A stretch of DNA of 64,000 bases from an uncultured Anaerolineales bacterium (GCA_964532665.1 CAZHMV010000001.1:103742-167741), one strand, 5' to 3'. Positions 28,329 to 38,184 are shown, numbered from the stretch's first letter. Numbers and translations are program-made. Notes: generated by a model from the letters alone, not told the origin.

Positions 28329-28362
28329 AGACCTTTAGGGTTTCTGAAAACCCTAAAGGTCT
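28329..28362. repeat. Perfect 15-bp-stem palindrome (AGACCTTTAGGGTTT-ctga-AAACCCTAAAGGTCT) between mrdA and minC
   Basis: Read directly. No U-tract follows on either strand. Confidence 0.85.
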
Positions 28363-28369
28363 CGCTGGC

Positions 28370-30391
28370 TCACGGGCTGCTCGCCGGCGTCGGTGTCGGT
28401 GGCGGTTGCCAGGCCGGCAGCCCATAGTAGGTTCGAATGATGTCAGCGGCGATGGGAGCTGCTATCTGCGAACCCTCAATCACATGCCCGATGCCGCGTC
28501 CATCTACGAACACAACGACTACGATCTCAGGAGCCTCAAAGGGAGCAAAGGCCACGAACCAGGCATGGGTCGGCAGGTTGCCATCTTCGTCACGCATACA
28601 GTCCGTGCCGGCTTCGTTGGGCTGGCAGAACTCCGCCGTGCCCGTCTTGCCTGCTACGCGCACCTCCTCCGGCAGATGTGTCCAGGCCGGCTGAGCCGTC
28701 CCCACCGTGACGGCCTGGCGCATTCCCTCGCGAACGATGGCCAGGTACGCCGGGTTAACGGGGACTTCACGGATCACTTCAGGCTTGAAGCTGTCAACAG
28801 TCTGGCCTTGGGAATCGACGATACGCTGAACAATCTGCGGGCGATACAGGGTGCCACCATTGGCGATAGCAGAAACCATGTTGAACATCTGGAGGGGGGT
28901 TACCAGCACATCGCCCTGGCCGATGCCCATGTTGTAGGTATTGCCGGTGGTCCACACTCCGCCCTCGGCCCCAAACCGCCGGCGCTTCCACCGGGGCGTC
29001 GGTACCAGGCCGGCTGCTTCCCCGGGCAGGTCGATGCCGGTGGGTGCACCCAGTCCGAAAGCCTCCGCATACTGAGCCAGCCGATCCACGCCCAGGCCGC
29101 GAAAATCCTCGAACCCGCCGGCCACCTCATAGAAAAACACATCGCAGGACTGAGCAATCGCACCTACGACATTGAGCTTGCCGTGGCCCGTCTTTAGCCA
29201 GCAGTAGAAGGGTTGCGCCAGATCGAGGTCATCTGGAAAATACTGATTCTTGACCAGGATCACGCCCGGATCGTTAATCAGGGTATTGGGCGCAATTACG
29301 CCCTCTTGGAGCGCGGCTGCTGCGGGAATGAGCTTGAAGATCGATCCAGGTGGGTACAAGCCGGCGATGGCACGATCCAGCAGCGGGTTGAAGGGCGCGG
29401 TCGTGAGCTTCTCCCAGTCCTGGGCCGCGATACCGCCGGCGAACAGGTTGTCGTCGTAAGCCGGTATGGAGACCATTGCCAGGATTTCGCCGGTGTTCGG
29501 ATCACCAACCAGTGCGACACCAGAGGAAGCCCCAATCTCGTGCAGCGCCGTGCGCAGAATGTTCTCGACGTCTTTCTGCAATTGAGCGTCAACGGTCAGA
29601 TACAGATTGTGCCCCGGGGTCGATTCGATTGGCTTGCCAATCGTGCGCAGAACGCGGCCCAACACATTTACTTCGACGAATCGTTGCCCCTTGTCTCCCC
29701 GGAGCGCATCCTCGAAGGTGTACTCGATGCCGGCCAGCCCAATTCGGTCATCCGGGGCGTAATCCTGTTTCAGATACACGTCCGCCGATTCTTTCGGAAT
29801 CGGCCCCATGTAGCCCAGAATGTGGGACATCAGGGAACCGGTGACGTATTCCCGAATGGGAGCCGTTTCGACGCGAACGCCTGGCAGAGATAGATGTGCC
29901 TCTTCGATGATGAGCGCGATGTCACGCGGAACGTTGGCTTTCACCAGCACTGGTGCGTATGGATCATGCTCTCGCCCGGCCTCGACGATCTCCTGAATGC
30001 CAGGCCGCGACACCGTGTCAACGCCGGCCGTCTGACCACTGACCGGGATGCCCAGAAGGTTCGACAACTGTTCATACACGTCCGGTGCCTGATCGTCGGG
30101 CAAATCAGCCGGCACGATGCTGACTGCAAAGCTGGCCTTGTTGCGGATCACAATCTGGCCATTTCGGTCGTAGATGACGCCGCGCGGTGCATCGATGGCT
30201 TCCACGCGAAAGCGGTTGGTGTCGGCCTGCAGCCGGTACTGGTCGCCCCGCACGATCTGAAGCTGCCACAGCCGGCCGGCCAACAGGACGAACGCCAGAA
30301 CCACGACCGCGCGATAGACCATCAGGCGTCCTGAAGCACCGTTCTGGTTCAGGTCTCGGGGGGGGCGGGGAAAAGGGTCGCGGAGTTTCAT
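28370..30391 (-). CDS. mrdA: Penicillin-binding protein 2 (peptidoglycan D,D-transpeptidase MrdA)
   Basis: SxxK (GSIFKLIP), SxN and KTGTA motifs. The start is taken at MKLRDPF (30391); the track start is 30523. Confidence 0.8.
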   Translation of the reverse strand: MKLRDPFPRPPRDLNQNGASGRLMVYRAVVVLAFVLLAGRLWQLQIVRGDQYRLQADTNRFRVEAIDAPRGVIYDRNGQIVIRNKASFAVSIVPADLPDDQAPDVYEQLSNLLGIPVSGQTAGVDTVSRPGIQEIVEAGREHDPYAPVLVKANVPRDIALIIEEAHLSLPGVRVETAPIREYVTGSLMSHILGYMGPIPKESADVYLKQDYAPDDRIGLAGIEYTFEDALRGDKGQRFVEVNVLGRVLRTIGKPIESTPGHNLYLTVDAQLQKDVENILRTALHEIGASSGVALVGDPNTGEILAMVSIPAYDDNLFAGGIAAQDWEKLTTAPFNPLLDRAIAGLYPPGSIFKLIPAAAALQEGVIAPNTLINDPGVILVKNQYFPDDLDLAQPFYCWLKTGHGKLNVVGAIAQSCDVFFYEVAGGFEDFRGLGVDRLAQYAEAFGLGAPTGIDLPGEAAGLVPTPRWKRRRFGAEGGVWTTGNTYNMGIGQGDVLVTPLQMFNMVSAIANGGTLYRPQIVQRIVDSQGQTVDSFKPEVIREVPVNPAYLAIVREGMRQAVTVGTAQPAWTHLPEEVRVAGKTGTAEFCQPNEAGTDCMRDEDGNLPTHAWFVAFAPFEAPEIVVVVFVDGRGIGHVIEGSQIAAPIAADIIRTYYGLPAWQPPPTPTPASSP

Positions 30392-30396
30392 GACAG

Positions 30397-30897
30397 CTAC
30401 AAGCTCATCTGGGGCTGGGCAGTGAGCCGGTGGAGACGACGGAGCGGCAGGTAAATCAGTGGCAGCGCCAGCAAGTTGAGCAATGCAGCCGGCAGGATGA
30501 CGTGCAGAAGAGCCGGCTCCCAAAGCACAGGTTCTCCGAGAACCTGCAACAGGAACAAGACGAGAGCGTTGTAGAACAAAGTTGCCAACAACACAACCAG
30601 GGCCGGCAACAGGAAATTGGCACGGAAGACGTTGATCTCACCCAGCCCTGAGAGATAGCCTGCAAGCAACATAGGCAAGGTCATAACACCAAACGGAGCG
30701 CCGGAGAGGAGATCCAGCATGATCCCTCCGAGAAATCCCCACACCACTCCCTCTCTTCCACCCCGGAGAAGACTCCATGACACAACGGTCAGCAGCATGA
30801 ACTGCGGCTCTCCCCTGATGAACGAGAGATGTGGAGCCAGGGTTGATTGGAGGAGTGCGATGCCGGCCAGGAAGACAACGGCCAGGTAAGGACTCAT
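30397..30897 (-). CDS. mreD: Rod shape-determining protein MreD
   Basis: Small polytopic membrane protein directly after mreC. Confidence 0.7.
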   Translation of the reverse strand: MSPYLAVVFLAGIALLQSTLAPHLSFIRGEPQFMLLTVVSWSLLRGGREGVVWGFLGGIMLDLLSGAPFGVMTLPMLLAGYLSGLGEINVFRANFLLPALVVLLATLFYNALVLFLLQVLGEPVLWEPALLHVILPAALLNLLALPLIYLPLRRLHRLTAQPQMSL

Positions 30898-30951
30898 CGG
30901 TCTGCTACCTTGACTGCGCTCAGCACAACAGCGTCATTGTCCGAATCGCGT

Positions 30952-31794
30952 TTACTGCACGTCGTCGTAATTCGTCGGTTGGAAATCGGTAACGACGGAG
31001 ACGATCTCCAGTGCGCCAAAGTCGGCTGCCGGCCATAGATCGGCCGTCTGGAAGGGGTCCACGTCGCGCTTGTGAACCTTCGTTACCTGCCCGATGGCCA
31101 GCCGGCGCGGGAAATTGCCGCCGTAACCCGACGTGATCACGATGTCACCGACGTGAACCTCCACGTCTGGCGGAATCCGCGTCATCTGGAGCGTGCCGTC
31201 AACAGCGCCGGTCACGATGCCTGTCGCACCCGAACTTTGAATGCGCGCATTTACCTTGCTGGTCGGGTCGGTGATGAGCAGGACGCGAGAGGCGTGGTTG
31301 CCCACCCGAACGACCTGGCCCACGAGCGCGCCGGCCCGCGTGACCGGCATACCCCGTTTCACACCATCGCTTGCACCTACATCGATGATGATATAGGCGA
31401 GCGCGTTGTTGGGATCGTGACCTACGACCTGCCCTCCCAGAATGTCAGCCGCCTGAATGTCAAACGAGGCGTTGGCCCGCTTGAACTGAAGCTCCTGCCG
31501 CAAGGAGCTGATTTCCCGTGTCTCGTCCTTGAGCTTGACATTCTCGATCATCAGTTGATCGACCAACTCGCGGAGCGCCTTGTTCTCGGCCTGTAGGCTG
31601 TCAAGATGACGAGCTGTTTCGATGACGTTGCTGACGCGGTCAGTTGCCCGATCGATGACCCGCTGGACCGGCACCGCCGCATCCAGGACGACCCGTTCAA
31701 CCGGCGCCAGGGCGGCCGTGCGGTGCAAGGCAAAGCCGATCAGGCTCAGCCCCATCAAGATAAACAGGATTGTTGAGTCACTCGCGCGTTTCAA
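30952..31794 (-). CDS. mreC: Rod shape-determining protein MreC
   Basis: N-terminal TM, coiled-coil, then beta-rich domains. Confidence 0.8.
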   Translation of the reverse strand: MKRASDSTILFILMGLSLIGFALHRTAALAPVERVVLDAAVPVQRVIDRATDRVSNVIETARHLDSLQAENKALRELVDQLMIENVKLKDETREISSLRQELQFKRANASFDIQAADILGGQVVGHDPNNALAYIIIDVGASDGVKRGMPVTRAGALVGQVVRVGNHASRVLLITDPTSKVNARIQSSGATGIVTGAVDGTLQMTRIPPDVEVHVGDIVITSGYGGNFPRRLAIGQVTKVHKRDVDPFQTADLWPAADFGALEIVSVVTDFQPTNYDDVQ

Positions 31795-31827
31795 GTTCTG
31801 CTACCTTCCTGGCACGACACAGATTTC

Positions 31828-31884
31828 CACGGACTGTTGTCTTCGGATGTCGGACGTCGTAGTCCGTGTCATAGTCCGTGTCGT
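31828..31884. repeat. Short tandem/inverted repeat cluster (AGTCCGTGTC x2 and CACGGACT) between mreB and mreC
   Basis: cacggactgttgtcttcggatgtcggacgtcgtagtccgtgtcatagtccgtgtc. Confidence 0.6.
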
Positions 31885-31885
31885 G

Positions 31886-32947
31886 TTAGCGAACGACGCC
31901 GACTCGCTGGGTGGCTGCCAGGGCCACGTGCAGGGTGTCCAGGTCCTCCAGGACGGCGCCTGCACCCCGAGCCACGCAGGCCATGGGGTCGTCCGCCACC
32001 CGGACGTGCATTTTTGTTTCGTCTTGCAGGCGCTGGGCCAGGCCTTGCAGCAGCGCACCACCGCCGGCCAGCACGATCCCGTGATCCATCAGATCCGCCA
32101 CCAACTCGGGCGGCGTATCGTCCAGGGTATCGCGCACCAGATCGACAATGATGCCGACCGGGCCGGACAGAGCTTCGCGTATTTCGACGCTGCTGACCTC
32201 AACGCTTTGCGGGAGCCCGGTGATCAGGTTCCGCCCCCGTAGTTCCATGGTTTGTTCCTCTTCCAGGGGGTAGGCGGACCCGATCTGCATTTTGGCTGTT
32301 TCGGCCATCCGCTCACCGATGTAGAGATTGTATTTTTGCCGGGCATAGTTGATGATGGCCTCGTCCATCTCGTCGCCGGCCACTCGCAGAGACCCGGCCA
32401 CGACGATACCGCCCAATGCGATCACGGCGACCTCGGTGGTGCCGCCGCCGATGTCCACGATCATGCTGCCCATGGATTCAGTCACCGGCAGGCCGGCACC
32501 AATGGCAGCCGCCATCGGTTCCTCGATCAGGTAGGCCCGGCGAGCGCCGGCATTGATGGCCGCATCATGGACGGCCCGCTTCTCAACCTCGGTGACACCG
32601 CTGGGGATACCGACCACGACCCGCGGCCGCGGCATGGGCGAGAGGACTTTCTCATGAACCTTGTTGATGAAATAGTGGAGCATCTTCTCCGTGACGTCGA
32701 AGTCCGAGATGACGCCATCGCGGAGCGGGCGAATGGCGACAATGTTGGCCGGCGTCCGCCCAACCATTTCTTTGGCCTCGGCGCCGATGGCCAGGACTTT
32801 GCGCGTCTTTTTCTCGATGGCGACAACCGAGGGCTCATTGATGACGATACCCTGTCCACGGACCATCACCAGGGTGTTAGCGGTGCCCAGGTCAATTCCC
32901 ACATCGCGTGAGAAAAGGCCCAGGATGGCATTCAGAGGGCTGAACAA
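31886..32947 (-). CDS. mreB: Rod shape-determining actin homologue MreB
   Basis: GIDLGTANTLV, DIGGGTTEVAV and LAGGGALL motifs. Confidence 0.9.
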   Translation of the reverse strand: MFSPLNAILGLFSRDVGIDLGTANTLVMVRGQGIVINEPSVVAIEKKTRKVLAIGAEAKEMVGRTPANIVAIRPLRDGVISDFDVTEKMLHYFINKVHEKVLSPMPRPRVVVGIPSGVTEVEKRAVHDAAINAGARRAYLIEEPMAAAIGAGLPVTESMGSMIVDIGGGTTEVAVIALGGIVVAGSLRVAGDEMDEAIINYARQKYNLYIGERMAETAKMQIGSAYPLEEEQTMELRGRNLITGLPQSVEVSSVEIREALSGPVGIIVDLVRDTLDDTPPELVADLMDHGIVLAGGGALLQGLAQRLQDETKMHVRVADDPMACVARGAGAVLEDLDTLHVALAATQRVGVVR

Positions 32948-33005
32948 AGAAGATCCTCCTCACACAAATTGCAGATGACTGTCAGCATTATACCATAAAT
33001 CGGGG

Positions 33006-33051
33006 AAGAAAAAAAGGCCCGACAGGGCCACAAAAGTGTTTCCTGTCGGGC
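33006..33051 (-). terminator. Rho-independent terminator downstream of rplY
   Basis: Minus-strand stem GCCCGACAGG...CCTGTCGGGC followed by TTTTTTTC. Confidence 0.7.
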
Positions 33052-33084
33052 AGGACGCTTAAAGTTTGCTGCTGGTTCCCTCTC

Positions 33085-33178
33085 GTGATCACCAGTCATC
33101 AGTATTCAGTGATCAGTATTCAGTGGACAGTTTCCGATGACCGATCACTGATGACTGATCACTGATTGTCGGTCTCTT
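33085..33178. repeat. Heptamer-periodic hairpin element, CAGTGAT family; overlaps the last codons of rplY
   Basis: gtgatcaccagtcatcagtattcagtgatcagtattcagtg...ccgatcactgatgactgatcactgattg. Confidence 0.8.
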
Positions 33179-33812
33179 CGGCTGCTCCAGGTTCCACTGC
33201 CTCCGGAACGACCTCTTCCTCTAGAACCTCTTCTTCGGCCTCCGCGCGCTCCATCTCAGCATAGCCGATGCGGACGATCATTTCGTCGGGGTCGGTGAGC
33301 ACGGTGATTGAATCAGGCAGATCCAGGTCTCGCACGAAAACCGCGTCATCGACTTCTTCCAGACCGGAGATGTCGATAGTGATGGAGGGAATCAAGTCGG
33401 TGGGCAGGGCCTCAATCTCAATCGCATCCAGTGCCTGATTAACCATGGCGTCGCCGCGCTCAACAATAGCAGGTGTTCCTTCGAGGTGGAGGGGGACCTC
33501 GCTGGTGATGGTCTCAGTAAGCACGACCTCCTGAAAGTCAACGTGCAACAGACTGCGGGTGATCACGTCGCGCTGGACATCGCGGGCCAGCGTGATATGC
33601 CGCTTCCGGTCCCCTTTGATTTTCAGGGAGATCAGACGGTTGGCGCCGGCCCGCCGAAGGACGGTAGAAAGGTGTCGAGCGTTGATCTGTACCGGAATCG
33701 GGTCGATTTCAGCACCATAGATGATACCCGGCACCAGACCCTGCCTCCGGAGACGCTTGACTTTCTTGCCAATCATTTCGCGCTTCTCAGCGGTGAGTTC
33801 AATCTGCTCCAT
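33159..33812 (-). CDS. rplY: 50S ribosomal protein L25 / general stress protein Ctc
   Basis: The start is taken at MEQIELTAEKRE (GAAGGAGC RBS). L25 beta-barrel followed by an acidic C-terminal tail. The track start is 33938. Confidence 0.8.
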   Translation of the reverse strand: MEQIELTAEKREMIGKKVKRLRRQGLVPGIIYGAEIDPIPVQINARHLSTVLRRAGANRLISLKIKGDRKRHITLARDVQRDVITRSLLHVDFQEVVLTETITSEVPLHLEGTPAIVERGDAMVNQALDAIEIEALPTDLIPSITIDISGLEEVDDAVFVRDLDLPDSITVLTDPDEMIVRIGYAEMERAEAEEEVLEEEVVPEAVEPGAAEETDNQ

Positions 33813-34050
33813 AAGTCTGTGTGCTCCTTCGCTACGGTCTGTCCTGGGGGCCCTCCTGAGGCCCATCCCCAGGTCCCTCCCGAGCTTGTCGAGGGACCTG
33901 TCGAGGGGCTCGGCGAAGAACTCAGTACAGCCTGGCACAAACGTGCCCTGACCAGACGCAGGACGGTCAGGGCATCGTGCATCATACTGACGAAAACTGC
34001 AGCTAACATTATAGCATGTGTGGGTCTGCCGTGCAAATTGACCCTACGTA

Positions 34051-34167
34051 GCTACTCACCCTCCCGCAGGTTTGGAGCCTTTCTGGCCGAGAATCGCTGC
34101 TTCAAGGCCGTTTTTCGGGTGCAAAACCATTGCGCATCGCAACCTGCGGGAGGGTGGCTGAGTAGTA
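34051..34167. mobile_element. MITE-like palindromic repeat element copy 3 (full length)
   Basis: TIRs GCTACTCACCCTCCCGCAGG ... CCTGCGGGAGGGTGGCTGAGTAGTA. It is the reverse complement of copy 2. Confidence 0.8.
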
Positions 34168-34243
34168 ACGATCCTACTTAATTAATAAGAAGTTCGGTCT
34201 TGCTTTGAGCTAAGCCCTGTGGTACGATTGGCGCACGCGTACC

Positions 34244-37030
34244 ATGACCACTATCAATCGCCGCCGGCTTGGCGTCATTCTCTACGTCCTGTGCCTCGGG
34301 GGTCTGTTATTCACCGGGTTCCTCGCTGTCTTTGGACAGCGTTGGCTCCATCGCGGGATCGTCTACGGCCCGCCGCCAGCCATCTCCCTGGCCGGCGCCT
34401 ACCCCTTCGGCGTCAACGTCACGCTGGAGCAGTATTCCCCATCCCAGCGAACGCAAATCCTGAGCCGGCTCGATGACGATGGGTTCCGTTGGGTCCGCCA
34501 GGTGTTGCTCTGGGATCAAGTCGAACCGCGTCCAGGGGAGTACGTGTGGTCGCCGTGGGATCAGATCATCGAGGACGTCGCGGATCACCACCTCAAGCTA
34601 ATCCTGGTCATCGACCGGACGCCGGCCTGGGCTCGCACCGCGCCGGACGCCGACCCACGGGCGCTGCCGGCGCGCCCCGAGGACCTGGCCGGCTTTGTGG
34701 GGGCGGTGGCGGAGCGTTACGCCGGCCAGGTAGCCGCTCTCGAAATCTGGCGCGAGCCGAACCTGCAACCCTATCGTCAGGCAGGTGAGCCGTGGGCCGG
34801 CGGCCCTGACCCGACGCTGTATGTCGCGCACCTGAGAGCAGCCTACCAGTCTGCCAAAGCTGCCAACCCGACCCTCATCGTCCTCAACGCTGGCCTGGCC
34901 CCGACAACTGAGAACAGCTCGCGGGCCATGAGCGACGTGGATTTCCTGGAAGCCATGTACGATGCCGGCGCTGCGCCGTACTTCGATGCACTGGCGGCGC
35001 GTCCGCTGGGCTTCTGGTCCGGTCCCGAGGATCGGCGGGTGGACGCCAGAGTCTTGAACTTCTCGCGGATTCTGCTGTGGCGCGAGATCATGCTCCGCTA
35101 CGGCGATGCCGGCAAGGCGGTGTGGGTGGTGGGGTTTGGCTGGAATGCGCTGCCGGCGGACTGGTCCGGCCTGCCCTCACCCTGGGGGACCGACGATCCA
35201 GCGAAGCAGGCGCGTCGAACCGTCGAGGCCGTGCGCCGGGCACAGGCGGAATGGCCGTGGATGGGTCCCATGCTGGCGTTGCACCTCGATCCGGATGCGC
35301 CCCCCGACGACCCGATCCAGGGGTTCGCGCTGCTGGACGATCAACTCAGCCCGCGGCCGGCCTATCTTGCCCTGCGCGACCTGATCGCAGAGCACACGGT
35401 GGGTGTCGGGCGCTACCCGGCCGATGCGTGGTTTGCCGGCACCGACTGGCGGCCCGTGGACGACGCCACCGTGCGCCGCATGCCCGACGGCGACATCATC
35501 GTCAGCCGGCCCGTCCCCTTCGGTCGATTCTACCTGGCCATTGGGCTGCTGCTGGCAGCCGCCGGCCTCGTCGCGTGGCGTCTCGACCGCCTGATCCGCC
35601 TCCCGCGCTGGGAACTGACTTTCGCTCTCACGACCACCATCTTCTTGCTCTCACCCTGGCTTTCTCTTACCCTTGTCTCAATTCTCGGCCTATTCATCCT
35701 GTTCACGTTTCGACTGGACCTGGGTCTGGCTACCATCGTCCTCTTCATTCCATTTTTCCACTTCCCCAAATCCCTGGGCTCACACCCGATGTCCATTCTC
35801 GAACTCCTCACCTGGCTGGCCATCGCCGCCTGGCTGACCAGACAACTTCCCCGCTTCATTCACGCAATACGCAGTACGCAATACGCAATACGCAGTACGC
35901 AGTACGCATCACGTCTCGCGTCTTACGTCTCACGTCTTACGTCTTGCGTCTCACGTCTTACGTCTCTTGACCATGCGGTGATCTTCCTCCTGCTCGTGAG
36001 CCTCCTCTCCCCTTTCGTCGCCGCCAACAAAGGTGTGGCCATCCACGAACTGCGGGTGGTCGTGATCGACTCAAGTTTGTTCTACTTCCTCGTTCGGTCA
36101 TTGGGGCTGTCCCGTACCCGGCGACGTCCCGAGTCCATCGAGGGGATGTGGCGACTGGTGGATGCACTGGTGTTGGCCGGCCTCATCGTTGCGCTGTACG
36201 GCTTCTACCAGTACATCTTCTCCGGTGATGTCATCGTTGCGGAGGGGGTGCGGCGCATGCGGGGTGTGTACCCATCGCCGAACAACCTGAGCCTGTTCCT
36301 GGGGCGGATCGTGCCGCCGGCCGGCGTGGTTGCGATTTGGGGACCGGCGCGGTGGCGGCGGGTGTTCTACGCCGTGGCCGGCCTGGTCATCACCGGTGCT
36401 CTGTTCCTCACCTTCAGCCGCGCGGCGTGGCTGGTGGGCTTGCCGGCTGCAGCGCTGTTCGTGGGCCTTGTGCGGGGCCGGCGCGCGCTGACGGCCGCTG
36501 TTGCAACCGTTCTGGCTCTCACACTCAGCGTGCTGCCATTTGCCGGCACGGCTCGCATCGGCTCGTTGTTCGAGTTATCGCCGGGCAGCTCGACCTACCG
36601 CCGGCTCGAACTGTGGCAATCGGCAGTGCATATCATCCGCGACCACCCGATCTTCGGGGTGGGATTGGACAACTTCCTGTACCAGTATCGGGAAAAATAC
36701 GTCCTGGCCGGCGCTCGAGACGACCCCAGCCTGTCCCACCCGCACAACCTGATCCTGGATTTCTGGACCCGCCTGGGGGTTTTGGGGGTTGCGGCGCTGG
36801 TCTGGCTGGTGGTCGCGTTTTTCAGAACAGCCTGGCAGTTGTATCAGCGGTTGGATGAGGATGGACGTGTGCTGGCGCTCGCGCTTATGGCCAGCATGGT
36901 CTATGCGCTGGCGCACGGCCTGCTGGACAACTCGTACTTCCTGGTGGATTTGGCATACCTGTTTATGCTGGTGATGGGGGTGATCAGCCGGCTGGAGTTG
37001 GGGCGTCTGGGCAACGAACAGAGGAATTGA
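34244..37030 (+). CDS. Fusion membrane protein: N-terminal TIM-barrel glycoside-hydrolase-like domain (EIWREPN motif) plus C-terminal O-antigen ligase/polymerase (Wzy_C) domain
   Basis: One N-terminal TM, then a cellulase-family-like region, then more than 10 TM helices with the Wzy_C signature FSRAAWLVGLPAAALF and HPIFGVGLDNF. It contains an in-frame heptamer-repeat insertion at 35862-35967. Confidence 0.6.
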   Translation: MTTINRRRLGVILYVLCLGGLLFTGFLAVFGQRWLHRGIVYGPPPAISLAGAYPFGVNVTLEQYSPSQRTQILSRLDDDGFRWVRQVLLWDQVEPRPGEYVWSPWDQIIEDVADHHLKLILVIDRTPAWARTAPDADPRALPARPEDLAGFVGAVAERYAGQVAALEIWREPNLQPYRQAGEPWAGGPDPTLYVAHLRAAYQSAKAANPTLIVLNAGLAPTTENSSRAMSDVDFLEAMYDAGAAPYFDALAARPLGFWSGPEDRRVDARVLNFSRILLWREIMLRYGDAGKAVWVVGFGWNALPADWSGLPSPWGTDDPAKQARRTVEAVRRAQAEWPWMGPMLALHLDPDAPPDDPIQGFALLDDQLSPRPAYLALRDLIAEHTVGVGRYPADAWFAGTDWRPVDDATVRRMPDGDIIVSRPVPFGRFYLAIGLLLAAAGLVAWRLDRLIRLPRWELTFALTTTIFLLSPWLSLTLVSILGLFILFTFRLDLGLATIVLFIPFFHFPKSLGSHPMSILELLTWLAIAAWLTRQLPRFIHAIRSTQYAIRSTQYASRLASYVSRLTSCVSRLTSLDHAVIFLLLVSLLSPFVAANKGVAIHELRVVVIDSSLFYFLVRSLGLSRTRRRPESIEGMWRLVDALVLAGLIVALYGFYQYIFSGDVIVAEGVRRMRGVYPSPNNLSLFLGRIVPPAGVVAIWGPARWRRVFYAVAGLVITGALFLTFSRAAWLVGLPAAALFVGLVRGRRALTAAVATVLALTLSVLPFAGTARIGSLFELSPGSSTYRRLELWQSAVHIIRDHPIFGVGLDNFLYQYREKYVLAGARDDPSLSHPHNLILDFWTRLGVLGVAALVWLVVAFFRTAWQLYQRLDEDGRVLALALMASMVYALAHGLLDNSYFLVDLAYLFMLVMGVISRLELGRLGNEQRN
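35862..35967. repeat. Heptamer-periodic hairpin element (ACGCAAT/ACGCAGT + ACGTCTY arms) inserted in-frame inside the CDS
   Basis: It encodes HAIRSTQYAIRSTQYASRLASYVSRLTSCVSRLTSLD. It belongs to the same family as the elements at 39712, 41168 and 43949. Confidence 0.8.
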
Positions 37031-37039
37031 ACGAACAGA

Positions 37040-37960
37040 TCAGCCATTCTCATCCACCTGCAGATACCCATCCTGCAGCGCCACGCAGTGGACGATGCGC
37101 TGATCGATGAGCTTGTCCGCCGGCGTGGTGCAGGCACGGACAGTCACGTGATTCTTCAACGGCGTTTTCAGCAGCTTGCGTACCAGCGTCTCCTGAACCT
37201 GGAAAATGCCGGCTGAGTTGCTCATCACCACCTCGATGTCTACCGCCGTCCTCTTCCCCCGTCGGATGTGGACCTCCTCAATCGACAACGCCGATACCGA
37301 ATGAATGTCGATCCTGCCCAGATCGAAGGACATGCGGCCGCGCCCCTTCGTCATATCTGTGCCGTCGGCCACGGCGACGATCCCGCCCTCGATGGTCAGC
37401 GGCGGCGGGTCGCAGTCATGGGTAGCGATGGTGGACAGGATGAAGCTCTGGATAAGCTGATGCTGCTCGGGGTCGGGGTAGATGGCCGGCAGCAGTCGCT
37501 CCAGGATCGGTTGTGTCAGGATCACGCCGTATGCCACGTGGTTGGAGCGATGGAGCTGATTGCCGATGTCGTGCAACATGGCGCCGGCCAGGATCACGAG
37601 CATGGCGTCGTCCATGCCGCCGGCACCGGATGCGACGACATCCAGCGGCACATCCGCCTGAACCAGGGCTGCGGCGATCTGCATCGCGCCGGCTGTGGCA
37701 ACCTGCGCATGGACCGGCCCGTGATCGTTGTATCCCATCTTCATCACGGCGGTGTAGTTTGCCAGGTCCCAGTGGGCGTTCACCCTCGGATCGTCCAGCA
37801 AGGCGTCGTAGAGCCGGCGTGCCCTGGGGTAGGGTGCGACAAACTCGCGCACAATATCGTCGGCACTGTGGGCCAGATCGTGATAGTCGCCTGGTAACTC
37901 AATGTGGACCTGGTGATCGTCGTGGCTGCAAGGCTGGCGTTCGATCTTGATACGGCTCAT
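37040..37960 (-). CDS. HD-domain phosphohydrolase family protein
   Basis: H...HD motif (GAMLHDIGN). Confidence 0.6.
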   Translation of the reverse strand: MSRIKIERQPCSHDDHQVHIELPGDYHDLAHSADDIVREFVAPYPRARRLYDALLDDPRVNAHWDLANYTAVMKMGYNDHGPVHAQVATAGAMQIAAALVQADVPLDVVASGAGGMDDAMLVILAGAMLHDIGNQLHRSNHVAYGVILTQPILERLLPAIYPDPEQHQLIQSFILSTIATHDCDPPPLTIEGGIVAVADGTDMTKGRGRMSFDLGRIDIHSVSALSIEEVHIRRGKRTAVDIEVVMSNSAGIFQVQETLVRKLLKTPLKNHVTVRACTTPADKLIDQRIVHCVALQDGYLQVDENG

Positions 37961-38090
37961 TAGATTGTTCTCCGGTTCGATATGTCATAATGTGGATTTC
38001 AAGCGTCGCGTGTTGACACGACATACGACGTTCACCGGAGATCGGGTCTTACAGCATTCATCATGGTGTCACAAGTGCACCCTTACGCTT

Positions 38091-38118
38091 TTGACATGGC
38101 AACGGCTCCGTCTATACT
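38091..38118 (+). promoter_or_regulatory. Sigma70-like promoter (TTGACA-16-TATACT) for the DUF2179 protein gene
   Basis: Consensus -35 and a near-consensus -10 about 65 nt upstream of ATG 38185, in a locally GC-poor region. Confidence 0.45.
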
Positions 38119-38184
38119 TGGTAAGTGAGCATGATAAGAGCAGACGCATTGTGGGGCTGTGGTTATCCTGCAATCTATTAGGAG

